This document shows, piece by piece, positions 1 to 14,742 of a stretch of DNA of 64,000 bases. Under the pieces are notes generated by a model, which searched no databases, was not told the origin of the DNA, and saw only the letters and a program-made list of their open reading frames with translations. The DNA lies in the NCBI GenBank assembly GCA_964016885.1, contig OZ024743.1:100440001-100504000 (forward strand), given 5' to 3'. The translations under genes and the position numbers were made by a program. Source of the DNA: Eledone cirrhosa. Its lineage: Eukaryota. Position 1 is the stretch's first letter. Each line of letters opens with the position of its first letter.

Positions 1-130
1 ATATCTGGTGTATATATTTGTCCCGTAATTGGACTCTATATATATACTGTTACAATATATCTGGTGTATATATTTGTCCCGTAATTGGACTCTATATATA
101 TATATACTGTTACAATATATCTGGTGTATA
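1..130. repeat. ~57-bp tandem repeat (continues 920-965 after the LTR)
   Basis: Unit atatctggtgtatatatttgtcccgtaattggactctatatatatactgttacaat seen twice, plus a partial copy split by the LTR. Confidence 0.8.
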
Positions 131-919
131 TGTAACGGAATACTCTTATGTTTACCTAGCGAAGATTCGAAACCGAATCTGAGGTTTCTCGCCTCTGGGA
201 CCACCCATTATTGGGAGTTTGCCACCATTGACCTGTCAAGAGACAAGTATGATAAACGTACATACCACTTGACTTGTGACCCCAGGTCCCTGATAGATGA
301 AACACGTATGGCTGTCCATAAATCAACCCATATACACATCCTTCTAGCTATAGGGTTATTATAAATACAAGTACTTAGGGAATCCAGCAGAGAGACACGA
401 AGCAGCAGTCTATGAAAGATTACGATGTAACCAATTCACTTCTACCCTTTCTCTCTCCTGGCCTTACTGGCTCTCACCTTCTCGACCACAGACTACACCA
501 GCAGACATAGTGATAACGCAGACAAGAGAAGAAAGTTCTACTAACACTGTGAAATTTCTCTTCAAGAAAATCAGTTTGTTTACTATGCTCTCACATCTAA
601 TACCAGCCAACAATTTGACTAACTAAAGGATAGGCACCTTCACACACACGCAATAGGTTTACTTACGTTTTTCACTAATCTTTCGTCTTCCTGTTATTTC
701 ACGTCTATTATATGGTTGTATTGATACATGCATACACGCTAGCTCGGAGTAGTTAGTCAGAAAATAGTGTAGTGATAATTGCTGCCACAAGTTTATTACT
801 CGATGCTCAATGTACCAACAAGTGAATATTGTTATTGTAAAATAAATATTGTCAACATCACAATTCTGGCATTATTCTTTTTATCATTCATCCCGAAAGG
901 TATACATTTATCCACTACA
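131..919 (+). mobile_element. Solo LTR (Ty3/Gypsy-like)
   Basis: Starts TGTAAC, ends CTACA; 4-bp TSD TATA (127-130, 920-923); internal TATAAATA (~360) and AATAAA (~840); interrupts a ~57-bp tandem repeat that resumes at 920. Confidence 0.7.
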
Positions 920-1375
920 TATATATTTGTCCTGTAATTGGACTCTATATAAATACGGTTACTATATCGGAGAAACAATAACAATGGCAACAACAAAATA
1001 GAGAAAGGAGGAAATGGGGAAAGGAGAAATTTTAGACTTTTGCCTGGACATAGAGATGTACTGACCACAGAAAGAAAGAAAGAAAGAAAGAAAGAAAAAA
1101 AGAAATGACTGCTGTACAAAGACTGAAAGAAAAATAGTAGACGCCTTTGCTGAGCTGTGAAAACACGTCACTGACCACTGACCTTCGACAGTTTTTTAGT
1201 CTGTGTTGTCCAGATGTCCAGGCCAGATGTCAGTGTTGTCCAGATGTCCACACCAGAAAACCCAGTCCGTTTCTGGCTAGATAGTATATTTCATGCTAAT
1301 CTATTTATGTTGTGACTTGCTGTCCATAACCCTCTATATATATAATATAAAGGAGAGATGTTTGTTGGCTAATTA

Positions 1376-1968
1376 TCTATATCTACATATAATATAAAAG
1401 GTTGGAAGTCACATCATCCTTTTGAGAAACCTGGACCCACCGCATCTGTGTAATGACACATGCTTAACAGTGAGTTGGATTATGAACCATCTCCTAGAGG
1501 TCACTATTATTGGAAGCAATCATCAAGGAGAAAATGCATTTATTCCCATGATTCCTCTCATCCCTTTCTCTGCCAAGTTGCCGTTCAAATTCCCAAGACT
1601 TCAATTCCCTGTTAGAACCAGTTTTTCTATGACCATAAATAAAACTCAGGGTCTGAGTCTCAAATTTGTAGGATTGAATATGAGAGACCTGGTTTTTACT
1701 CATGGGAAGTTATAGGTAGGTTGTTCACAAGTGGAAACACCTAGAAATCTTTATGTATTATGCACGAACGGTAAAACGAAGAATCTGGTGTATCTGGAAG
1801 AGTTTTGACTGTTTTGTGTGTGTGTGGGGAGGGGGGTATTTTTGTCCTCACACACCATGGTCTCGCCTCATCTTTTAAACCAGTCAACGCATCCAATACA
1901 GTTGTTTTCTCTTCTACTTGTCTTCTATTATCATCTGTTAACCCAGGTGAAGCTGGGGCTTCAGCTAG
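1376..1968 (+). mobile_element. Non-autonomous Helitron with degenerate PIF1 helicase C-terminus
   Basis: Translation LRNLDPP..CN..FIPMIPLIP..LPFKFPRLQFPVRTSFSMTINKTQG.SL..VG..VFTHGKL (helicase motifs V-VI, with stops); 3' hairpin cccagg..ctggg then CTAG|T at 1965-1969; TC-start in AT-rich 5' end (approximate). Confidence 0.85.
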
Positions 1969-2329
1969 TAATATATATATATAGTAAACTATAAATATTT
2001 GTTAATGGAAAATAAATATTTAACTTTAATAAAGATGATAAAGAATATTAATGTTAATTTTTATAACAAATGGACATTGGCATCACCGTCTGTAAACATA
2101 CATACCTTATGTTCACGGATCTCAAGAGCTACATTATGTATAAGCGTATAAGTTAATGTCACTTCATATTCACTTGACAATTAATAGGAATCCCAGTGTA
2201 CAGCTTTGCCTGGAGCCCTACACTGCTGTTGAGACGGCTAGGGTCGGATTTCACCTGCTGAGGCCCTAAGCTATATGAAATTTAAGGCCAGTCTCTAAAA
2301 AGATTCAGGTAAAAAAATATTTTTCTATT

Positions 2330-2500
2330 AATATAGATAATAAATGAAACAACAAACACAAGAATGTAAAAGTAAACAGTTATATTAGGTTCACGCTTGG
2401 AGGAGAATTATATATATTTTCGATCCTCCGGTCACTCGCCTCCTCAGTGTCTTCTGGCTCGCACATTGTGCCGAACCTTCTGAGTTGCGCTGGCGTAGAG
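2330..2500 (-). mobile_element. Probable Penelope-like terminal fragment with weak hammerhead-like core
   Basis: Minus strand has CTGAGGA...GAAA-atatatat; flank ccaagcgtgaacctaatataactgt is shared with the fold-back at 14515-14645; helix I not convincingly paired. Confidence 0.35.
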
Positions 2501-3189
2501 AACAGCCAGTGCTGGATTTACCATTGTGCTTAGGTGTGTTTACAGGGCCCTGTTGGCCAGGGAAGGGGGTATCTTCCTACCTCAAAAGATTTTTTTAATC
2601 TATTTTTTTTAATGTTTGAGGCCTCGTAAATTAAAGAGCACAGGGCCTCATTTGTGCTAAATACGGCGCTGAGAACAGCAACTTATATGTTCTTTACAAA
2701 CCTTTCATTCCCTTAGACTTAATTCCCCACCCATCCTGTCAGCCGGGACCCAGAGGTGGAGTGCAAGTTAGTTGGTGAAGGAGGATACTCGTTCGGACGT
2801 CACTTCTACAACTAAAATGTATTTACACTTATACAACTGTGAAACTCAAAGTTAAAACAGAAACAACACAGAACCTAAGTACACAGAACTGTGTTTGGAA
2901 ATATAGTGACAGCACTTAATAAAGATAGGTTGAGTATTTCAGGGAGAAGTGGGGTCAGATTCCTGGATTTAAATACCTTGCCTTTCACTTGAATGGTAAC
3001 ATCGTATTTTTGGTAAATTATTTCTAGATGTGTGTGTGTGTGTAAGCATTTGTACGTATATGTATGTATATGTATGCGAAGTGTAAAAGACAAAGAAATG
3101 ACTATTGACAAAGAAAAGGAGACAAACTGGTTCAAATATATGGATGGATGGGTTGTAGGTATGTAAGTAGACAGATATATATATATATA

Positions 3190-5109
3190 TATATATTTCT
3201 TTATTTGCCACAAGGGCGCACAAGAAAGAGGGACAATACAAAGACACATGCCGGGGATTTTACATACAGCCGTGTAAAAAATATAAAACAAACAATTATA
3301 ACAATCGAAATCCCCAATAGGGGGGAGCGCCACTAATGGGTTGTTTAATACCCCGTCGAATTTAGGAGCGTGTTGTGCAAGTGCTCCCTTCTTCCTTTTG
3401 CTCTCTTTAACCTACAGGCTTATAAACAGAGAAGGCCCAATCACTCGGCCCATTTTCGCTTCATTCACCCACCTTTCAGTAAATTTACTGGGGTGCAGTG
3501 CCTCTCTCTCCACTCTGATTCTCCTTCTAAAGTGATACTTAAAGAAGGGAATCAATTGTTGTCCGGAGAGAAAGGCATCTGACCTCAGTCCTCTCAATCT
3601 CGTCCACCATATAACTTCTTTCACCATAGCCACTGTACAGAGGAAAACCGCCTCTCTTTCGTTTTTGAAAGAAGTTGGCGGTTTGATCCTTACTATGGAC
3701 TCGGCAGTCAACTGGATTTGTCCCATATGCGACAGCAGTTGTTCCGCGCAGTTCCACAGGTCGGTTACGCCCGGGCAGTGTACAATTGCGTGCAGGACGG
3801 TTTCAATGTCCTGCGCGCATCTTGGACACGTCCTCTTGGAAGGATCCCTGCCGGGGCGTCCGTGCCTGTAGATCTTGTCACGAACTGGTAGAGCTCCTCG
3901 GTAGCACTGCCAGGCCAGGGACCTCTGGAAGTTGTCCATAGCACCCGGGCGGAAAGTCCTACCAAACAGTCTGGTGAGCTCATCGTCTTCGACGCTCAGA
4001 GTCTCTCCGAGCACGTCGTCGCCCTTGTAACGTACAATCCCTCTGTAGAATGTAGAATTAGAGTCTCCACTGATTGCTGTGCTCGCTTGCCAGAGGACTG
4101 TGAGCGCCTGAGTGCATTCAATGTGCCAGGCGTCCATCGTTTTCGGTCTTTTCTTGACCCAAGACTGCAGCTCCGTCAGCGAGCCGAGCTGCGGGAAAGC
4201 CTGTCTCACAAACGGTGCCCACGCCGGTTGGGGGTCGGTGAGGAATACCTGGAGATGCCGCAGCCTCAGCGCATGTTTGCGCATCATCAGCCACGGCATT
4301 CCCAACCCTCCGTTGGAAGGATGCTGACAGCAGACGAATCTCCTCACCAGCGGAGCCTGCTTCTTCCACAGACACTGGAAGAGCATGCGTTCCATCTTGG
4401 CGAGGTGTTCACGGGGACAAGGCACGACAGTCAAGCGGTAGTAGATGACGGACGCTATGAAAGTGTTCGCCACCTCCGCTCGACCTTTCAAGGACAGTTT
4501 GCACTCTGCCCACTTCTGGCTGAGCGCAAACACCTTGGCCGTGACCGCGTTCCAGTTTTTCTCCATCTGGGGTCTGGACCGAACCAGACCCCGAGCAATT
4601 TCACCGGTCCGTCCGTCCAGCGTCCAACGACGCTGTCGGACGTCATCGGTTTGCCTCTCCACGTACCGAGCTGCAAAGTGACAGACTTGTCCGGGTTTAG
4701 TTTTGCTCCCGTCAGCGTTTCTTATTCTTTCAGTAAGTTGCCGATCACCCCGATATCCGTGGTGCTCGACACCATTACCGTCACGTCGTCGGCATAAGCC
4801 GACGCCGCTTTGCGCAGTCCCTGTTCTAGAGAGATGCCCTGCAACAGCTCCAATTTCCGCAGTATTGGCTCTAGAGTCAATACATACAGAATGGTGAAGA
4901 GAGGGCGTCCCTGTCGAATGGAACGCGTGATTGCGAATGGCTCCGATGGGTGGCCGTTCACCTTGATCCTCGCGCAGATGCTGGTATGCATCGCCTCGAT
5001 CCAGCCTCTGAAAACGGGACCGAAACCGGCCGCCATAAGAACCGCTTCCAAGTATCGATGGTCGACCCTATCGAACGCATTTGACTGATCTAAGTTGATC
5101 AGAGCCATA
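3190..5109 (-). mobile_element. 5'-truncated Tx1/L1-type non-LTR retrotransposon (RT + zf-RVT), frameshifted
   Basis: LDQSNAFDRVDH, SIRQG.P, YADD, GGLG and CPRC..ET..H...C motifs in ORFs 4722-5171 and 3412-4662; 3' UTR ends AATAAAGAAA + (TA)n; GC-rich relative to flanks. Confidence 0.9.
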
Positions 5110-5110
5110 G

Positions 5111-5141
<31 letters not shown>

Positions 5142-5149
5142 GATAAATA

Positions 5150-5281
5150 GATATATTTCTTTATTAGCCACAGGGGCACAAAAGAAGGGGACAAATACAA
5201 AGGGGGAAGTTTACATACAATAAAAACGTGTAAAATGTTATCACAGATGGAATTTAAAAGTTAGTCGATTTTCCCCAATAG
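5150..5281 (-). mobile_element. 3'-end fragment of a related Tx1-type element
   Basis: Homologous to 3190-3320 (atatttctttatt.gccaca.ggg..caaa.gaagggac); tail merges into (TATC)n. Confidence 0.7.
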
Positions 5282-5441
5282 AGAGATAGATAGATAAATA
5301 GATAGATAGATAGATAGATAGATTTAGTAAAAGAATAAATAAATCCAGTTAAATGATTATCAGGATGGCCATCACCGGAGAAACAAACGTTCTTATAACT
5401 TAGACCAGTTAATAGACTGTAATAGAAGAGAAGGGTTGTTT

Positions 5442-7018
5442 CATGACCCTAACGACACTACACACATGACCCTAACGACACTACATACATGACCCTAACG
5501 ACACTATACACATGACCCTAACGACACCATACACATGACCGTAACGACACCATACACATGACCCTAACGACACCATACACATGGCCGTAACGACACCATA
5601 CACATGACCCTAACGACACTACACACATGACCCTAACGACACCGCACACATGACCCTAACGACACTACACACATGACCCTAACGACACTACACACATGAC
5701 ACTAAAGAGACCATACACATAAACCCTAACGACACCATACACATGACCCTAACGACACTACACACATGACCCTAACGACACTACACACATGACCCTAACG
5801 ACACTACACACATGACCCTAACGACACTACACACATGACCCTAACGACACTACACACATGACCCTAACGACACTACACACATGACACTAACGACACTACA
5901 CACATGACCCTAACGACACTACACACATGACACTAAAGAGACCATACACATAAACCCTAACGACACCATACACATGACCCTAACGACACTACACACATGA
6001 CCCTAACGACACTACACACATGACCCTAACGACACCGCACACATGATCCTAACGACACTACACACATGACCCTAACGACACTACACACATGACCCTAACG
6101 ACACTACACACATGACACTAAAGAGACCATACACATAAACCCTAACGACACCATACACATGACCCTAACGACACTACACACATGACCCTAACGACACTAC
6201 ACACATGACCCTAACGACACTACACACATGACCCTAACGATACTACACACATAAACCCTAACGACACCATACACATGACCCTAACGACACTACACACATG
6301 ACCCTAACGACACTACACACATAACCCTAACGACACTACACACATGACCCTAACGACACTACACACATGACCCTAACGACACCGCACACATGATCCTAAC
6401 GACACTACACACATGACCCTAACGACACTACACACATGACCCTAACGACACTACACACATGACACTAAAGAGACCATACACATAAACCCTAACGACACCA
6501 TACACATGACCCTAACGACACTACACACATGACCCTAACGACACTACACACATGACACTAACGACACTACACACATGACCCTAACGACACTACACACATG
6601 ACACTAACGACACTACACACATGACCCTAACGACACTACACACATGACACTAAAGAGACCATACACATAAACCCTAACGACACCATACACATGACCCTAA
6701 CGACACTACACACATGACCCTAACGACACTACACACATGACACTAACGACACTACACACATGACACTAAAGAGACCATACACATAAACCCTAACGACACC
6801 ATACACATGACCCTAACGACACTACACACATGACCCTAACGACACGACACCGCACACATGACCCTAACGACACTACACACATGACCCTAATGACACTACA
6901 CACATAACCGTAACGGCACTACACACATAACCCTAACGGCACTACACACATGACCCTAACGACACTACACACATAACCGTAACGACACTACACGCATGAC
7001 CCTAACGAAACTACACAC
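5442..7018. repeat. 23-bp minisatellite containing CCCTAA
   Basis: Unit catgaccctaacgacactacaca, about 68 copies, with recurring variants. Confidence 0.95.
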
Positions 7019-7544
7019 AATATATATATATAGAGAGAGAGAGGGGGGGATATAATTAGATACATAGATAGATATGTATATTTGTATGTACGTACATACA
7101 TACAAAGAAGAAGAAGAAGAAGAAGAAAGGGCGATGATAAAACAGAAAAAAATGTCGAATGAAGCAGCAGTCTTTTGTAGAAATCAAAAGGAAGGCGTTC
7201 TCCAGCATCCACGAATATCCACGGAGATTGGATAAGAAACGAGAGAAATAAATTACTATTACCTCAACGGTGTCATCACCGCCATTTTGAATTGTATTTG
7301 TTGCACAGCGCAATTTATGTAGACGTTGTGAAGGAGACAGTGTCTTGGTGAAACGGTAGATGGAAAGGGTGAATTGAATTGAGTGATAGTATGAGTATGT
7401 ATGTAAGAAAAAAAGCCACCCATTACCTATTAATGTAACATGTGTGTCTGGTGCGTGGGGGGAGGGGATTGTAGTGAGTCTTCATATATATATATGTGTG
7501 TATATATATATATATATATACGTGTGTGTATATATATATATATA

Positions 7545-7732
7545 ACAAAGGAATTGTGGTAAGGAACCAGATGGACCATAACGCACCAGAGTACTCAATA
7601 CTTAGGGTAGTAGAGTGGGAAATAGGAAAAAGTATGACCCCGACGGCAGAGCTCAAGCCGTTTCGACGGCTATTTCAGTCCAGAAATAGCCGTCGAAACG
7701 GCTTGAGCTCTGCCGTCGGGGTCATACTTTTT

Positions 7733-7737
<5 letters not shown>
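7545..7737. mobile_element. Penelope-like terminus with perfect 55-bp fold-back and hammerhead 3' half
   Basis: Arms 7622-7676 / 7683-7737; GAAA-cggc-loop-gccGTC-ggggtc at 7695-7723; flanked by (TA)n; homologous to 22777-23003 and 23049-23109. Confidence 0.6.
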
Positions 7738-7807
<70 letters not shown>

Positions 7808-7894
7808 TTGTGTGTATATATATACACACACCCGTGTATATATATATACACACATACACATATATATATATAAACACACATATATATTCTTATT

Positions 7895-8232
7895 ATTATT
7901 ATTCCTGGAAGGGTCGTAGGGGAAGAGCCGTCAAACACTCCCTCCAGAAGCAACCGTCTCCAACAAGTCCGGCTGGATCCCCATGCAAGACCAACCAAGT
8001 TCATAGATGTTATCCAACCATCTTGCTCGGTGTCTACCCCTGGGTCTCATGTCGGTTGGTTTTGCCCACAAAACCTGTTCAACAATTCTTTCCTGAGACT
8101 ACCTATTACCACATACACACGCATTACCCCTATACTAAAGGCGTACATACCTACAAGGTATTTTCACAAGGGAGATTCTACACACCTACTTTCTAGCACT
8201 TCAACAATCTTTCCAGACCTCCCTATTTTTGT
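7895..8232 (-). mobile_element. RTE-type LINE 3' fragment
   Basis: Reverse complement resembles the 3' end of the RTE copy at 36950-37200 (GRRPRGRPRARW-like region); (AAT)n tail. Confidence 0.65.
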
Positions 8233-8514
8233 GCCTACTTTAATACTTGCAGCACTGAAACTTCGGACCTGATGAGAAAAGGGTGACTCGCTCGTTTTTC
8301 TGAATACGAAATAAGGTCTGTGCGGTCGCTTGACGGCAGGGGAGGGGGGGGGGGGGGCACCCCACAGATGTTTGGTTGTTCAAACGTGATTTAATGTTAA
8401 TATATTGTTACTTTGTTTTATATCTCCCGTACTATTACCAGAGGGCTACCATTTATTTCGAAATAGCCATCTACTTTAAGGAATAGAGATCAATTTTATG
8501 CGAATGTTGCATAT

Positions 8515-8875
8515 GCAGGGCGACTAAAAAAACTGGCCCATTTTAATGTTTGTCTATATTATTCATTTTTCGACAAAAACTGATGAAACTCCAAATATAT
8601 TTTGTTCAATCCATTAAAAAGCCATAAAAAATTCACTCTCTTGTGATGTTTCTGTCCATAGACATGATCCAAGTGATACCCATTTGAATCTATGCATGTT
8701 TGTAGTCACATGGTGAAGTTTAACATAACGTCTTTACAAACAAACACAGGGATGGCTCTGATCTCCTCCCTGATGTTTTCCTTTATTTCAGTGATGGTCC
8801 TGGGGTTTTTTACATTTAACCTATACTTCAGATAACCCCAAAGAAAGAAATCTGGGGGCTTACAAACTTTAAAAA
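8515..8875 (-). mobile_element. Tc1/mariner transposase 3' fragment with TIR
   Basis: Minus strand reads PPDFFLWGYLK.....PRTITEIKENIREEIRAIP...CI...G.HL.H; TIR-like CAGGGCGACTAAAAAAACTGGCCC at ~8516. Confidence 0.8.
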
Positions 8876-8964
8876 AAGCTAGAAGTCAAAGAAGTAAACT
8901 TTTGTTGTTGTTGTTGTTTTTTAAACAATTAATTAGAAAGAAGGACTTCTTTTTCTTCTTCTTT

Positions 8965-9300
8965 CAGACACAACTTCCAGAGGGACTATCGAAAGAAACC
9001 GTCTCCAAATGATCCGACCGGATCCCCAAACAAGACCATGTCTACCCCTGGGTCATCCGCCGGTTGGTTTTGTTCGTAAAATCAGTCCTGCGGTTCTTTC
9101 CTAAGACATTCTAACCACATATCCGTAATATCGGAGCTGTGATCTTTCAATTCGGAGAATTAGCGGCTCTACCTGGAGCAACTCCCTAATCTCTGAGCTA
9201 CGCACTCTGTCGAGTAACGTTATTCCAAACACCCTTCGGAGGAACCCCATTTCGGTTGCTTGTATTCGCGGTCATATTCTTTCGGTCACTACCCAAGATT
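8965..9300 (-). mobile_element. RTE-type LINE 3' fragment
   Basis: Similar to 7895-8232 and 36900-37200; minus strand encodes IQATEMGFLRRVFGITLLDRVRSSEIRELLQVEPL. Confidence 0.7.
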
Positions 9301-10029
9301 CCCTTCTTCTGGTGACACCTACCTCCCTTCTTCTGGTGACACCTACCTCCCTTCTTCTGGTGACCGAGTGCTAAAGAAATGAATGACTGAAATATTTTGA
9401 ATGGAAAAATTGGAATAAAATTTCATGGCTACATTCGATTTATTCTTGTTGCTGTTGTTGCTGTTGGGAGGTGAATTGGCAGAATTGGTAGAGCGTCGGA
9501 TAAAATGGCAATGCAGTAAAGTTAGACGGAAATGAAGAGAAAGAAATTTAGAGATTCGAAAAGAGGGGAGAAGGTGGAAGTGCGGAGGCAGTGGGGGTGG
9601 GCATACAGGTATACAGGAGGAGAGGGAGGGGGAGAAGGAGGATGAGGGATGGTGGGAGGAGGAGGAGGGGCTAAACGACAAAAGCAGAGATTCAAATGGA
9701 GAAAAGGAGAAAGTGATACAAAAGGGGGACAAAAGCAGGAATATAAAAAAGTGAGGGGGGGGGATAAAGAGAGGTGTAGGTAGTGGGAGGAGGAGCTGAC
9801 AGAAGGGAGGAGCAAAGAAGGGAATTGATATAAGGAAAACAATAGGGGGGAGGGAGATGTCGTCTGCTTTTAACGATTTCAATACTGTATCGATATGTTC
9901 TTTGTCGTCTGGTCATAATTATTTTCATTGTTGATGACGACTACACTGATGATGAGGAGGAGGAGGCGGAGGAGGAGGAGGAGGAGGAGGAGGGTAAAGG
10001 AAAAGTAGAAGGGGGACAAGGGTGACGAC

Positions 10030-10420
10030 GACGATGTGGGGTTGACGGTGGTGGTGGTGGTGGTTGTGGGGTTGACGGTGGTGGTGGTGGTGGTGGGGTT
10101 GACAGTGGTGGTGGTGGTCGTGGTGGGGTTGATAGTGGTGGTGGTGGGGGGTGGGGTGGGGGTGACAGTGGGGGGGGGGTTGACGGTGGTGGTGATGGTG
10201 GAGGGGTTGACGGTGGTGGTGGTTGTGGGGTTGACGGTGGTGGTGGTGATGGGGTTGACAGTGGTGGTGGTGGGGTTGATAGTGGTGGTGGTGGTGATGG
10301 GGTTGACGGTGGTGGTGGTGGTGGTGGTGGGGTTGATAGTGGTGGTGGTGGTGATGGGGTTGACAGTGGTGGTGGTGGTGGTGGGGTTGACAGTGGTGGT
10401 GGTGGTGGGGTTGACGGGAA
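10030..10420. repeat. G-rich minisatellite GGGGTTGAC(GGT)n
   Basis: Variable-length units of ggggttgac/gat followed by GGT runs. Confidence 0.9.
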
Positions 10421-10695
10421 GGGGGGGACGATGAGAGGAAAAAGAAGAAAAAGGAGAATGACTGCTGTTGGTGTTTACAATAACAGAAATACATTCATAT
10501 TTGACATATATATACATATATACATACATATATACATATATACATACATATATACATACATATATACATATATACATATATACATATATACATACATATA
10601 TACATACATATATACATACATAAATACATACATATATTTATACATACATACATACATATATACATATATATATACATACATACATACATACACAC

Positions 10696-10980
10696 ATGGT
10701 GGCTGCCAACTCGTTTTCGAGTACGGCCACTACTTTATATCCATGTAGGAGAACCCCTACCGATGCGCTGAACGAGTGTGACTTTTCAGTCCGGCCAGCG
10801 ACTTGAAAACCCCGGTACAAACACTACACATGTGACAATTATTGACACATAGTGCTGGGCCCATGGTGCCATGTGACGACAAGTGCAGAGAGATCTCCAG
10901 ATATAAAGCAATGCCTGTGCCGTGAAGTTTTTATAGTGAGCAAAGGCACTGCACAAAGCCAGTCCCACTCTCTTAACCAA
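10696..10980 (-). mobile_element. RTE LINE 3' end with C2H2 finger
   Basis: Minus strand [25 protein letters not shown], then a short UTR and (ATGT)n tail; embedded in (CATA)n. Confidence 0.65.
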
Positions 10981-11315
10981 TATACACACATATATACATA
11001 CATACATACATATATACACACACACACATACATACATACACACATACATACACACACACATACATACATACATACACACATACATACATACATACACACA
11101 CATATACATACATACACACATATGCATACTTACACACACACAAGGATACATACACACACACACACATAGAAACGGACATATAGACATAACTATAGTCTAA
11201 TATACATACACATATATTTACACATGCACATTTGCAGACACACGTACACTCACAAACACACTGAGGTACACACATGGATACATACATACATACATACATA
11301 CATACATACATACAT

Positions 11316-11346
<31 letters not shown>

Positions 11347-11415
11347 TACATACATACATACATACATACATACATACATACATACATACACACACACATA
11401 CATACATACATACAT

Positions 11416-11450
<35 letters not shown>

Positions 11451-11479
11451 TACATACATACATACATACATACATACAT

Positions 11480-11510
<31 letters not shown>

Positions 11511-11583
11511 TACATACATACATACATACATACATACATACATACATACATACATACATACACACACACATACATACATACAT

Positions 11584-11614
<31 letters not shown>

Positions 11615-11687
11615 TACATACATACATACATACATACATACATACATACATACATACATACATACACACACACATACATACATACAT

Positions 11688-11718
<31 letters not shown>

Positions 11719-13460
11719 TACATACATACATACATACATACATACATACATACATACATACATACATACACACACATATACATACATACATGCATACATA
11801 CACACAGACTCACACTTACACACACTGATCTACACACAAGCATACATACATACGTACCTACACACACACACACTTACACACACTGATCTACACACAAGGA
11901 TACATACATACATACATACCTACACACACACACACTCACACTTACACACACTGATCTACGCACAAGGATACATACATACATACCTACACACACACACACT
12001 CACACTTACACACACTGATCTACGCACAAGGATACATACATACATACCTACACACACACACACTCACACTTTCACACACTGATCTACGCACAAGGATACA
12101 TACATACATACCTACACACACACACACTCACACTTTCACACACTGATCTACACACAAGGATACATACATACATACCTACACACACACACACTCACACTTA
12201 CACACACTGATCTACGCACAAGGATACATACATACATACCTACACACACACACTCACACTTACACACACTGATCTACACACAAGCATACATACATACGTA
12301 CCTACACACACACACACTTACACACACTGATCTACACACAAGGATACATACATACATACATACCTACACACACACACACTCACACTTACACACACTGATC
12401 TACGCACAAGGATACATACATACATACCTACACACACACACACTCACACTTTCACACACTGATCTACACACAAGGATACATACATACATACCTACACACA
12501 CACACACTCACACTTACACACACTGATCTACGCACAAGGATACATACATACATACCTACACACACACACTCACACTTACACACACTGATCTACACACAAG
12601 GATACATACATACATACATACATACATACATACCTACACACACACACACTTACACTTACACACACTGATCTACACACAAGGATTCATACATACATACATA
12701 CATACATACCTACACACACACACACTCACACTTACACACACTGATCTACACACAAGGATACATACATACATACATACATACATACATACATACATACACT
12801 TACACACACTGATCTACACACAAGGATACATACATACCTACATACATACATACATACCTACACACACACACACTCGCACTTACACACACTGATCTACACA
12901 CAAGGATACATACATACATACATACATACATACATACCTACACACACACACACTCGCACTTACACACACTGATCTACACACAAGGATACATACATACATA
13001 CATACATACATACATACATACATACATACATACATACACACACACACACTTACACTTACACACACTGATCTACACACAAGGATACATACATACATACATA
13101 CATACCTACACACACACACACACTCGCACTTACACACACAGATCTACACACAAGGATACATACATACATACATACATACCTACACACACACACACACTCG
13201 CACTTACACACAGATCTACACACAAGGATACATACGAATATTGTCCTCCCCAAAGTACATATAAACATACATATAAACAAATGGAATACATATAAACATA
13301 CATATAAACATACATATAAACAAATGGAATACATATAAACATACATATAAACATACATATAAACATACATATAAACATACATATAAACAAATGGAATACA
13401 TATAAACATACATATAAACATACATATAAACAAACATATAAACATACATATAAACAAATG
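10980..13460. repeat. (CATA)n/(CA)n microsatellites, ~50-bp composite minisatellite (11805-13235) and 12-bp catataaacata repeat
   Basis: Unit ctgatctacacacaagga(taca)n cc(ta)(ca)n ctcacacttacacaca repeated more than 20 times. Confidence 0.9.
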
Positions 13461-13835
13461 GAAAAGTATTCCTAGTTAGAAAAAGTTGAGTCTCTGTAAC
13501 CAAAAGGCGACATTTCCCGTTTGGTTCCACCTTGCCTTAGTCCATCCCATAAAAGTATTGTCTATACAAGGTCAGGGCGTGTCCATAATGTGATAAGCAG
13601 GTATAAAAGGAAGCTATATCCATCAGTATGTTACAGTACAGTCAAGAAACTTACCTGTCAACCAGACCTCAGCATATATTGTAGTTATATACAACAGAAT
13701 CTAACACCAATCTTGGTGCAAAACAATTTTCAGTTTCCACTTTTTGGTTACGGACAAGCTTCCACCAGCTGTGATAACAAGTATTTGCAACTCTTTGGAC
13801 AGAGCTGCTAGTAAGTTTTTCATTTTCTCTACATA

Positions 13836-14738
<903 letters not shown>

Positions 14739-14742
<4 letters not shown>

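Noticed and set aside
288-315. Hammerhead-like CTGATAGATGAAAC in the LTR
   Set aside because: Core spacing is wrong and no helix I/II pairing was found.
1422-1715. Host PIF1 helicase gene
   Set aside because: Stops, internal deletion and Helitron termini show it is a transposon remnant.
4087-5088. Plus-strand 236-aa and 92-aa ORFs
   Set aside because: Antisense shadows of the GC-rich Tx1 ORF2.
5442-7018. CRISPR-like array or true telomere
   Set aside because: No unique spacers, eukaryotic context, and the hexamers are not contiguous.
9879-10577. Mucin-like (VNPTTTT), poly-His and poly-Val ORFs
   Set aside because: All are translations of the GGGGTTGAC(GGT)n minisatellite; no credible start or splice context.
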